Origin: Azolla caroliniana
Lineage: Eukaryota; Plantae; Polypodiophyta
DNA length: 64,000 bases
Reading direction: 5' to 3'
Assembly (NCBI GenBank): GCA_043228905.1
Contig: JBHGNT010000071.1
Coordinates: forward strand, 57,589 to 121,588
In this document: positions 13,265 through 24,762 of the stretch, in pieces
Layout: each line of letters begins with the position of its first letter
Position numbering within the stretch: position 1 is the stretch's first letter
Translations under genes and position numbers: made by a program
Notes under the pieces: model-generated
What the model was told of the DNA's origin: nothing
What the model saw: the letters and a program-made list of their open reading frames with translations, nothing else
The model's database searches: none

Positions 13265-14092
13265 TAACAATTTGATTTGTTTTTTTCGCTTTCCACTCAA
13301 TTACTAAGGCAATAAGGGTTGGCAAAAATGTTCCTTGTAATTCATTTCCAAAGTTCCATGCCAAGCCATTCAGAATGGCCTTTTTAACACAATTCTTGCA
13401 AGTGATTTAATCAGCATTGTGCCTACCAAATTACCTTTCATGTGAATCTTATTTTACACAAAGTAGAGGTTTGGTTCTATCAACAACCATCTGGAATAAC
13501 AAATGGAGTCCCAAGTAAGCAAACTATGGAAAATCTTGCCAAAAGACTTTTTTTTATATTAAAGTTTTGCCTATTCCATGAGAAGGTTTTTCACATATTC
13601 TCCAAATGGTTATTTTCAAATGTTTTGGAGAATAGTAGTGATATTTGCCAAACGATAAGGAGGAAATGGTACTGAAAGTTGGAGATATAATGCCTAGTAT
13701 TTGTATACTCTTAGGGTCTCACTTGACATAGGTTTGCCCAATCACGCATGCTTGACAAATCTAGGATCAATCATCTAGTCATGCTTTTCTATTGTTGTTT
13801 TCTATATTTATCAATAGGATATCCCTTACCTTCCCAAGTGCCACCTCCCTCCCCCACCCCTTAAAGTATGTAGTCCATTTTGTCGTACAATACTTTACCA
13901 AAATATTGTCATGTGTTATTTCTTTACTCACGATTCCAAAATGTATCCTTGCCTTGAGAACGTGGAAAATACACCCTCAAGAAAGAAAGAAATATATTTG
14001 AACGCCTTTCACAAGGCCAAAATGGCCTATAAGACCAAACAAGAGATTGCATCTTAAGTGGTGTCTCATCTTTGAGAACAAGAAGATAAAGT

Positions 14093-14094
<2 letters not shown>

Positions 14095-14131
<37 letters not shown>
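14095..14131. repeat. (TG)n microsatellite
   Basis: About 18 perfect TG units. Confidence 0.95.
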
Positions 14132-14138
<7 letters not shown>

Positions 14139-15659
14139 CATAGTAGCATCCATCCTATAGTCCAATATTAATGCTTCTTTAAAAGTCTAGTTTTCTATAT
14201 TTTCAAAACAACCCCATCTAGTACATATTACCCTCTAAGTTTTTCAAGCATGCCTAGAATTTTCATTGTATCATGAACATCCCTATGTAATATATATCGG
14301 ACCAATACATATATCATCCCTAAGTTTTTTGAACATTTCTAAACACCCCTCGCTCCAAAGAAAAAAGTCAATTTTGTTGTGAGATCTTATGTTACCACGA
14401 TACTATTGTTAATTTTTCCTTCTACAAGATTAACCCTAAGTTTTTTGAGCATTCCTTGAATACCCTCTTAGTAGCAAACACATTTGTTGTATGGTACTTA
14501 ACCAAAGAAATATTGTGAGTTCTTCAAAAAATTGTGCTTTTCTAAAATAACATGACTAGCCTATATATGCAACACATAAATCATATTTATATGATCACAC
14601 TTCCATGGCCCACAATACTAAGTTTTTTCAAGCATTCTTGGAATACCCCAAGTAATGTAATCAAAATTGTAGTGTGGTACATTGCCAAAATACTTTCCCA
14701 GATTTTTCAAACTAATTCATGTTTTCAAAAACTGCATGAATATCCCTTATGTAGTATATATATTGTATTTATCGAATAACGCCACGTTTTTTCAAATATT
14801 TCTGGCATGGCTACCATCTAAGGTAGTCAATGTTTTTGTACAATGTTTAACCAATATGCTAGCCCAAGTTATTCGGATGATTTCTAGATTTCTATAATCA
14901 TATGAATACCTTTTGTTTCATGGTATACAATATTATCATTCGGATAACATTGAACTTAGTATGATGGATACTTTATATTTCATAAAGTTGTTGTGTGCAC
15001 TCTTTAATTAGTACTGTTTGAAACTTTGGTAAATGCCTAATGAGCTAGGGAGGTAGCTTAATGGTTTGCACTTTATTTTTTAGAATTGATAGGTCTCATG
15101 TCAAAAGAATTCGAGTATTTCTTTGAAACTTAGGGATATTCTTGTAAACGTATAACTTGTAATAGGGATAGCTTAATTGCCTGCACTCTCTTTTTAGGAC
15201 TGATATCATCAGACTTTCTACGACAACTTGTTGAGTGGTTGTCTTCTTCAATCTTTATATTTCATGGTTCTAAACTTCTAAAGTCAAATTTTAGGAGCCA
15301 TCCGGTTGCATGATCTCGAATAAAGTTCCAAAGGCTTTTAGAGTAAGTGTAACATCAAACCCATTGCTAGAAACTAAAAACCCTACTATTTTATCGGCTT
15401 AAGCATGCATTGATGAGTTCACACTAGGATGCCCAAATACATTTCCTCCCTAATATTGCTAGGTGTTACGGGCATGACCATATAATATCCCGTGGTGAGA
15501 ATTTACCGTAGTATTCTATACACATGGATAAGTGTGAGGGTTAAATGAGAGTGTAAAGTAGGGGAGGATTACTTTTAATCCTCGGGATTGAGACAACCCA
15601 TTAGGCCAAGTGTGAACTTGCCTGGGGGCCTTGGGTATCGCTATAAATATGAGGCCTAG

Positions 15660-16394
15660 TGTTGAGAATCGACGCTCCGATTCACCTTCTTCTCTCGGCC
15701 ACAACCGAGGAAACACACGAATCGTTGTTGCAGAAAATGGGAAATACAGAGAAAGACACGATAACACAGGGATTAACGTGGAAAACCCTGTACGGGAAAA
15801 ACCACGGGAGTACAAGACTCCGAACCAAAACTATGCACAGAGAAATATACAATGGCGAGCTGCAAGGCGACGACCTTGAGCTCGCTGTCCTCGCCACAGG
15901 CGGCGGTATTACACAGAGGCGTCGACCTCTTCCTCTCTCACGCTCTATCTCTCTCACGGCTGCTCTCTCTTCACTCCTCTAGAGTGGAAAAACAGAAAAA
16001 TGAGTAGCAACATAAACTGTTTGCCCTAAGTCATATTTATACACATATGACTTTCGGGCTATTTACAAAATGTAGCCTCAAGGGCTCTTGGCAAACATAT
16101 TCACAAATATGTCCCCGCATCCGGATCTCCCTCCGGGTACATTCGGCATCCGGCTCCGTAACCGGGGTCTTCATCATCCGGCTCCGTAACCGGGGTCTTC
16201 ATCATCCGGCTCCGTAGCCGGGGTCTTCATCATCCGGCTCCGTAGCCAGGGTATTCATCATCCGGCTCCATAGCCGGGGTCTTCATCATCCGGCTCCGTA
16301 GCCAAGATCTTCGTCATCCGGCTCCGTAGCCAGCAACCGGGCTTGCCGTCATTTATCTCCGGACATCCCATCCGGAGGGACCGAAATCCCAACA
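15660..16394 (-). mobile_element. Solo LTR (735 bp) with 5-bp TSD CCTAG
   Basis: TGTTGAGAATCG ... CGAAATCCCAACA termini; CCTAG at 15655-15659 and 16395-16399; minus-strand TATAAATA near 16035-16042; CpG-rich, so probably young. Confidence 0.93.
16147..16332. repeat. 28-bp minisatellite (CATCCGGCTCCGTA(A/G)CCGGGGTCTTCAT), about 6.7 copies, inside the solo LTR
   Basis: Units start at 16147, 16175, 16203, 16231, 16259, 16287 and 16315. Confidence 0.95.
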
Positions 16395-18440
16395 CCTAGC
16401 TACCCTCATTTCGTCATCTTTTGACTACGTCAAGACTCTAACGTTGTGGTGGTCAACTCTTTTAGCGAGCGCGCCAGCACCAGGTACAACTCGACGCCGC
16501 GGTAGTGGTATGGGACGCCGATCGAGGCTCAAGTCCGTCTCGATCCCTTCGCTCGAGGGTGGTCAGGTGGATCGGCACCCTTCTTTCTCTCTCCTTTCTA
16601 TCTATCTATCCTTTTTTCTTATCATATGCTTACGTTAGATCATAACTCTAATAGCAGGTCTTTTGTTATGATGTTTACAAACGTAGATATAGATGGGGCA
16701 TATGCGCTACAAGACACAATGTATGAGTGAACTAACTTTGTCTGAAACATTTTCATTATGGTGAATATCAATACAGTTTGACATACATGATGTGTCATAC
16801 ATGCTTTGAGATATGATGTATACATGGTTTGAATCAACATTAGTCAAAGCTTTTGTATTATGGTTGATGGCAATAATATTGTCATAATGGTGGTTAAACC
16901 TTTTGGACATATTACTAATGCAATGTGTGTTTTCCCGGGTATTGAACATTTCCTTTTCTATTATATTTGCAAGCTTCGCATGATTAGGTGGAGAGTGTGA
17001 AGATTTTGAGAGTTTGGGGCAAGATTTAGGTGTTATGGGAATGCAAAACAAAAATATAAAATATGGAATTCTGGGGGGGGGGGTGGAGATCATTGTATCG
17101 AAGGGTCAATTAAGATATGAGAGCCAAACGACGCAAGTGTGTATTTTGCTCACAAGCAAATTTCACACTATTTTTATGCATAAGCACATTTGAGGTCCTT
17201 TAAGAGTTACCACTATCAAATTCCACCGAGTATAAGGGGATTTTGTATACAAGTTCTATCTTAATAATGCTCTTACCAAAATAAAATAAAATTTGACATT
17301 TTCCAACATCTAGGGATTGTTTTGTTTAAGATGATGGCACTTTTGACTTTGGCTATGTGCATAATCACCCACATTAGAGGGGAATGGAACCGATATTCCA
17401 AGCATTAGGGAGACATTGATGTCTTTCCATGTAATCGTGCACCAAATGTTGGTTCAATGCAAGACATACTAGGTTAGAATTATGTGCCTCGTCTCAATTT
17501 GTCAAGTTTTTAGAATCCTCAATCAGTAGCAAGCTAACCATCCAACTTGTATGTTGTTTTGTAGTACCCCCAACATGATGATAACACCATTTTCGCAAAA
17601 TCATCACTTCTCTACATGAAAACCAACTTCAAATTCGGTTGATCCAATGCATGCTTACATCAGTTAGCCTACAAATTGACCCATCCTTTTTCAAGCTACT
17701 GTATCCAATTAGTGTAAGCATCGAGCTTTTGAGGCTGGATTATTAATGTATTGAGTGAGGTTCCTTGAGAATTTAGTGAACTTACATTGGAGAAGGAAGC
17801 AACAATACAATATTTAGTGAAATCTTATTTTTCACTCAAGCAAATAATCGCACATCCTAATGGGATTGCCCTTTGGGCAAACCTAAAAGGCCTCACGTGA
17901 TAATTATTACGAAATTTGTATTTCCTCGGAAAAGAATTGCAAATCGCTAGGAAAAGTGAAAGGTTGCAAGATTGAAGAATTTTAAAATAAAATAATGGTT
18001 GCATATTTTAGGGAAGGACAGGGGATGTTGTAAGACTCAGGAGGTGAATTCTTGATGATTTGGGAATTCTGAAGCTCTGTGTTCCGTTCAAGACATATAT
18101 GTCACTATTCTGAAAAAGGGGTTGATGATTACTTGAAATCCCACCTATTTTGTAGGTTGTAGCTGATATACCTTTTTTTTAAACTAATGGAAGGATATTT
18201 TGTTTAAAAATAATAATAATTCTTGATGATTTGTACACTTTTTGCATGGCAAGGATTATTTGTTACAAACAAGAGTCATTCACTTAGTTAATCATAGATC
18301 ATTTAGGTACAAATTTTTTAAACAAGGGCATGTGCATAGGGTCATTAAATACACGTGGAAATAACTTTGCGCTCAACTGAAATTGAAAATGAGGTGTCCA
18401 CACACATAAAGATCTAGAAGTGTAATGTTTGTATATATAT

Positions 18441-18446
<6 letters not shown>

Positions 18447-18501
<55 letters not shown>
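18447..18501. repeat. (AC)n microsatellite
   Basis: About 27 AC units. Confidence 0.95.
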
Positions 18502-18504
<3 letters not shown>

Positions 18505-21299
18505 CATATATGGGTATGTAATGCTACAAATAGATTCGGAAATAGAAGCAAATACCATGCAAGAATCTCATGGATACATGAAAAGTTTAAATGTTTAATA
18601 TATATAGCTTCAGCAATTGAAGGTGTGCGTTAAAATGTGTAATTAAGCAATTAATATAACTGTAGTGAATATACCAAAGTTGAAGAAACTACTATTTATA
18701 TTGGCAACTACGATACAATAGTTTTGATACATTTAAACAATAAAAGGGTTCTCACTTAATGGCTAAAGGACATCCGAATGGAAGAGGTAATACAAGGAGA
18801 TGTTGAGAAGGTTGGTTTGGGTAGAACTATAAGAAATATATGTGAGGCCTACGCTATGGGCCGATACCAGGTACAATTGGGTGAAACTTTCACTTCAATA
18901 GCATGTGAGGCTCCAATATTGTGGATTATCTTTTAAAGGAACAACGAATGGTTTCATAAGTAATATAATGTTTTAAAGTAAACAAGAGTCAAGAAGTCAT
19001 TGTATGATCATGTTGCCTTAAATATAAATGCTCAAATCTTGTATAGCCCCCCATTCTTGTCCATGTTGAAAATAACCATTTGAGAATCCAACCACGAAAG
19101 TAAAGTGAATATGTTGTCAATGTATAGGTATCATTAGTAGATGTGAATTTGCCGATAGACACTCGTGCTCATAAGCAACTCTTTGCAAATATTCCACTCG
19201 ATTTATAACAAAATGTCATTCGTACTATATTGAAAATAGCATAAAGTTCTGATAAGCACTTTTTTAGTCTCGAATTAATCTCTCCCCCCCCCCTTTTCTC
19301 AGCCATAAATTTAGCTTAACCTTCTAATGTTTGAGTGAAAGTATTGAGCCTTTATATCCAGCACTTAAGCTCTATTATTAGTAGGTGTGGTTAATTAAAA
19401 TCAAGAGTAAATACTCACTAGAATTTTGTATAATTTCTTGTTGCTTTCCTTTACTTTAAGTTGCCTTAAAGTTAATAATGTCTTTATTGTATTTGTTAGT
19501 TTATAAGAGAAGGACATGATTAGAGGATTTACTTAGGTTAGCTCTTTGGGTGCTTGCTAGGTACACATTGAGAGTGGTTGACACCCACTTCACATACACT
19601 TGGGTGCATATCCATCCAATCCTATGCACCAATTTGATGCAAAAGGTGACTATTAGTTCATTGCATTGACCCAATCCAACATGTGATAGGGTGGAAATGG
19701 TAGCACATCTCCCTTGCATTTAGTCTAATCGTGTAGGCGTGATACATCCAACTAATGCTTTAAAGTTCCCACCACAAATATGGTTTAGTCAATGAAGGTT
19801 TTAACTTCTAGTATATAACATTTTAGGATTATTTCTCAAATATTTACATCAATTAGAAACCTTGTAGCTAAATTTAAGATTGTACCACAAGTACTATCAT
19901 ATATTTGCTCTTCACATGTTTGTTCATACCATCAAGTTTTCCCACAAAATAATGTTTAGATGAACATCCTTATTCATAGATGTAGCAATACCTATTTGGG
20001 GAGAGGACGACTATCCCTACCATAATTGAGATATTTTGTATACTTTTGTTTGGAGGATGGCCTTAGATGTTCATATCTAACACATGCTTCATTGATCCAA
20101 TCACTAATTCATGGGAGGAGATGTCGGGGTATATACTTACTCAAAATGAAAAAGTCGAATTGTGTAAGCATGAAAGATGAGTACATGACAAATTGCTTAA
20201 TGAGCAAACTTCTTGTTAATTAGCATATAAACTCGTATGAAAACCAAGCACTTGGGAGGCAATCTACATGTAGACTATGAAAATGTTCACTGATTGAGTT
20301 CAAAAAGTTGTCTCCCACATTAAAATATATGGTTTAGTGGACTATCACGGCTTTTTAGACGCAATCGAGTCTAGTATGCTTCATGAATCATAGGCAGCTA
20401 GAGGGAAAGTTACAGTAAAGCCTATATTTCGAGGTCGATTCTACTTTTAAAAAAGAAAGTCTTATTTATTTTCCCCACAAGAAATAACTGACACTTCCTT
20501 GTGGAAATACGACCAGGGTTTTCTTTTTGTGTGTGACATAGTGCAGCATCGAAGGTTGTCACCCAAGGAGTTGAGGTTTTATTTTCGAGAAGAGAGTGGG
20601 AGGGGGGGAGTATGCATCATCCATTGGGGGTGCCAGGGAGGGACCATGTGATAGTGTCTCATCTTGTCGAAATCGTTACAGAAGAAGAAACCTTACAAGA
20701 CACTTGTAGGAGTACTAGTAGGAGGAGGAGGAGGAGGAGGATGTGATTGGAATCACAAGAACTCTTGGTTTTGTTCTTACCCGAGAAGAAGAATCTAATC
20801 ATTTAAAAAACTAAAGAAAATATAATAATTACATAATAAAAGGGAAAATAATAATAATAATAATAATAAATCCTCTATAAGATTAGTGAATTCAACAAAA
20901 TGTACCCTTGCGTTCTATTATGTAAGTTAAGAAGAGAAAAACGAATTAATAAAAAGGTGGGGAATACAAAATAATAATTCCTAGAACATACCCTCGTATT
21001 TCCAGGAAAATGCCCTTAGGTTTTCTGTATTTCCCGAAATGCCCTGCCCCCCTTCCAGACCTCCCTCCCCTCCCGCCCCCCAAGAAAACAGAAAACCAAA
21101 AAAACTGTCTCTAGGGTGTTCAAATTGTATGAGGGGAAAATTTTAAGGCATCATACTGGGTGATGGAAAATTAGGTCACAAAATTGATTGGGTTGAGCCA
21201 TGGGTGCAGGGTTGATCCATTCAAATATCTGGGTTGAATTAAGTAGGTGACATTGTGGACGGCCCATAATGTGAATTAATGTTAGAATGTGATGATAGA

Positions 21300-21518
21300 G
21301 AATGATTAGGGCGAAATTTTCGACGAGTGTGAATGATCAGGGTTAGGGTTTTGATGGACAGAAATTAGGGTTAATTAATTTGATGCGCGTGGAAGGGGGG
21401 GGGGGGGTGATAATGAGAATTAGGGTTAATTTGACGACCGCGAGCGATGAAGATGCTGATGGAGATGATGAGGATAGCTATGGCGTCAGTACAGAGAAAT
21501 GCACGCACACAGAGACAC

Positions 21519-21553
<35 letters not shown>

Positions 21554-21985
21554 GGAAAACACACGCTTTCTTTCTTCTTCGTCTTCTCGCTTTTCGCTTT
21601 TGTCTTTTTCTCTTCTTTCGCCCTTCCTCTTCTCTCCCAATATCTTATCTATCCTGTCTATCACTCATTTGCATCTCCCCTGTTCTAACTTCTTCTTCTT
21701 TATTCATTCATTCATTCTATCCCTAACCCTAATCCAGCCCTAATTCCAATCCCTAGCCCTAGTTTAAAATCCTTAACCATTATTCAAAATCCCTAACCAT
21801 TGTTCCAAATCCCTAACCATTGTTTAAAATCCTTAATCCTACTCCGAACCCTAACCCAAGTCCTACTTCAAATCCCCTAGACCTAGGTCAAACTTCAACT
21901 CTAACTCTATTGCAAATCCCTTAACCCTAACCCTAGTTTCCTCATCCCTATCCTTACCTTAACCCAAACCCTAATTAAAATCCCT
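21300..21985. promoter_or_regulatory. Telobox/telomere-like repeat clusters flanking GA and CT tracts upstream of the HD-Zip gene
   Basis: TTAGGG-like motifs at 21306-21430, (GA)n at 21519-21551, CCCTAA-like motifs at 21721-21975, exact teloboxes at 21344-21351 (TAGGGTTT) and 21966-21973 (AAACCCTA), and a 20-bp unit x4 at 21762-21840. Confidence 0.6.
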
Positions 21986-22198
21986 GTATCAATCATCATC
22001 TTCTTCTTCTTCTTCTTTCTTAATAGCACTCCCCTGTTTCCCCTCGCTATTTTCCCACTGTTTCTTATTTGTTGTTGCTTCTTTCCTCAGGTTTCTCGTC
22101 ATATACTCTTTTCTTCTGTTTTTCCGGCTTTGCCTTTAAGTTTAACCTGAGGATTTCTTTCTGTCTTTCAACGGAGTGAAACGGAAAACATCAGAGTA

Positions 22199-22300
22199 AT
22201 GGCTCTCTGTCTTGAGATTCCTATCGGGTTCAAGATGGCCAAGCAAGTCATACACTCTCTCCCGCATGGCAACCATCACCATGGTTTCTTCATATTTTGA
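22199..22300 (+). CDS. 33-aa upstream ORF in the HD-Zip I leader, candidate conserved-peptide uORF (AtHB1 CPuORF33-like)
   Basis: ATG...TGA encodes MALCLEIPIGFKMAKQVIHSLPHGNHHHGFFIF. It lies after a CAG acceptor (22090) and ends about 400 nt before the main ATG. Confidence 0.65.
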   Translation: MALCLEIPIGFKMAKQVIHSLPHGNHHHGFFIF

Positions 22301-22697
22301 TCATTCTTTGCTTCTTCTTCTTCTTCTTCTTCTTCCTCCTCCTCCTTTCTTTCTTTTGTTATCAGAACTAGTTGTAGATGAATATATATCTGTATATATT
22401 TAATCCACTCCACATGTCGTTCTTCTCATAGCTCGTATGAATATTATCTACATACCTCGTTTTGGCTGTTCTCATAGATTGTATTCATGCATCTGTCTGT
22501 CTATCTATGTTTGATCTAATCCAGTTTGCCTTTTAGTTACCGTAGATTGGATGCATCTATATGTCTATCTGGCTTTAGATTTGATCTGATCCCTGGGCCT
22601 AGCTTGTTCTCGCAACTTGTATGCATACATATCTATCTATATTCTGATCTGTATATTTGATCTAAAATCCACTTGTCCTAAGTCCATACTCCATTCC

Positions 22698-24717
22698 ATG
22701 GCTTGGATCAATGGCGTTATCATGGGACCTTATCATTTGGACAGCATGATCCAAGCTCGAGAAGAAGATACTGCCACAAGTCTTCAATTACCTCATCATC
22801 ATCATCATCATCAATCGCTGCAAGGGTTTGTCTCGTCGTGTAATTCGACCTCCCTTCCGAAAGGTAATTAATATAACTGTCGCCCATGATTATGAATCAA
22901 AATATACCATCCTGGTTTCCTTTGAATTCTTTTAAGATCGAACCTTAGGATTTAACATAAATGGAACAGTTTATGAATTTAGAGACCGGCAGTTTCAGAA
23001 ACGTTAAGATCTTTAGGATTTGCTCCGCATCCTCGTAGTGGAATTCAAGGGATCAAGGATGGGTTAATCATAGAATTCAAAGATTGATGATGGGTTGGTT
23101 TAAACTTTATACTCCTGTGCCTTGTTCACCCCCCAATCAGGAAACTAACTAAACATGCAAAGGATGCAAGTACTAACCATGCCCTAATCACATCCATTAA
23201 CCGTGATTCACTTACTAATCACACCACTTGTGCAAATCCATTGATGCATATGTTCTCTATTATATGTTGTTAATAACTCGGGACCACATGATGACTTTGT
23301 AGCTCGACCAAGTAGAGGTCTCAATAAGAGAACCCTTAGTCGATACTCCATAAAAGATGACAATGCATTCAATGACGACGAATTGCTATACAACCTCGGT
23401 GATCATGATTTTATCGATGACATGACAACTAACGATAATCCATCCGAGAAGAGACGCCGCCTCACAATGGAGCAAGTCAACTTCTTAGAGATGAGCTTCA
23501 ACAATGATCTCAAGCTCGAACCTGACCGGAAAACTGAAATTGCAAAGCAATTAGGGATTCGGCCTAGACAAGTTGCGATCTGGTTCCAAAATAGGCGAGC
23601 CCGATGGAAGAATAAGCAACTCGAACAAGACTATGATGCCTTGAAGGCCAATTATGAAGCTCTAGTTAAGGACAACGACAATAGAGCTAAGGAACATGGC
23701 GCCATTGTGGAGGAAAACATGAGGTTACTTGCTGAGGTCAAGCTAGCTAATCTTTAATTCTTCGTTTTGTTCCATTACCTTTCCATTTTTCCTTATAATC
23801 TTGCTTTTAAGCTCACAAGTGATTTTAGGCCATTTGTTTTCCATGTAATGAGATTAAATGTCCCACTTCACCTTTCTTAGAGGTTTTAGCATTACCATAA
23901 GTTTTGTAAGCAAGGTATCACACATGTGAAAACAATAGTCATCTTGGAAGATTTTGGAATCTTGGATAAATATAATCATATCATTCTAGAGTGTCCTCGA
24001 AACTTTGGGACAACCAAAACTTAAGATCTCGTGATAATTTCATTGTAAACATTAAAGAACATTCTAAAAGCTTTTGGAGGACTCCTTGATATTTTAAGGA
24101 TGTGTTTCTTGACATGAGGTTCTCTTTATACTTAGTTGTGTGTGTGTGTGTGTGTGTATAGAGGGGACATTTCAATGTTATGAATATTTGTAGTCCTTGG
24201 AATTACATAAGCTCACACACACGTTAGGTGGGAAAATGTCTAAAACTTATTGTAATATAACATTTGATACCATGTTTTGTCATTATCTTGCTTTCTGACA
24301 TATGTCATGTGTTTATAGGTATCGCGATTAAAGAGCTTGCTAGAGAAGCAACAAATTAACATATTTTCTGATGATGCATTAATGGTTAAAAAGGAGGAGG
24401 AAACAAGTGGGAAGTCAGAGCTGACATATTACTCCCCCACAAAGTACTCTGGTGAGGATCAAAGCGATGATTCAGGGCAAAGCAATGAATCTCAACCTTC
24501 TTTGGATGAAGAAGAAGAGTTAAATCCATCGGTAAAGATAGAAGAGGAGGAAGGAGAAGGTGATGATTTGCATTTAATACAAAGTGATGATATTCTATTG
24601 TTTCATCAAATTGCAACCACCCATGGCAATGGCATGACATGCATTAATGACGATTCATACTTGATATTCAACTCATGTGAAGACCAACTGGGTGGGTTCC
24701 CATCATGGTATGGTTAA
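22698..24717 (+). CDS. Homeodomain-leucine zipper class I transcription factor, about 332 aa, 3 exons
   Basis: Exons 22698-22863, 23303-23736 and 24319-24717 join in phase at GT-AG sites. [18 protein letters not shown]...[22 protein letters not shown] plus zipper; acidic C-terminus ending FPSWYG (AHA-like). Confidence 0.93.
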
Positions 24718-24729
24718 TGATGTGGCTTC

Positions 24730-24762
<33 letters not shown>

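Larger units (their letters stand above)
15464..16716 (+). mobile_element. Outer LTR-like sequence interrupted by a nested solo LTR; right boundary uncertain
   Basis: Starts TGTTAC. Removing the nested element restores CTATAAATATGAGGCCTAGCTACCCTCATTT, a TATA plus short hairpin typical of plant LTRs, followed by a GC-rich segment and a CT tract. No TSD identified. Confidence 0.55.

Noticed and set aside
16147-16332. 28-bp repeat array as a CRISPR
   Set aside because: Units are contiguous with no unique spacers, lie inside an LTR, and the context is eukaryotic.
19950-20250. hAT transposase dimerisation-domain remnant (WRMAL.. KMKKSNCVSMKDEYMTNCL)
   Set aside because: Resemblance is too weak and fragmented to support without a profile search.
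20597-20645. G-quadruplex-forming G-runs upstream of the HD-Zip gene, also the C-rich tract at 21045-21080
   Set aside because: Such tracts are common in promoter-proximal low-complexity DNA and nothing here supports a function.
21300-21985. Head-to-head telomere fusion site
   Set aside because: Repeats are dispersed and degenerate, separated by about 290 bp of GA/CT-rich promoter-like DNA, and are not tandem telomeric arrays.
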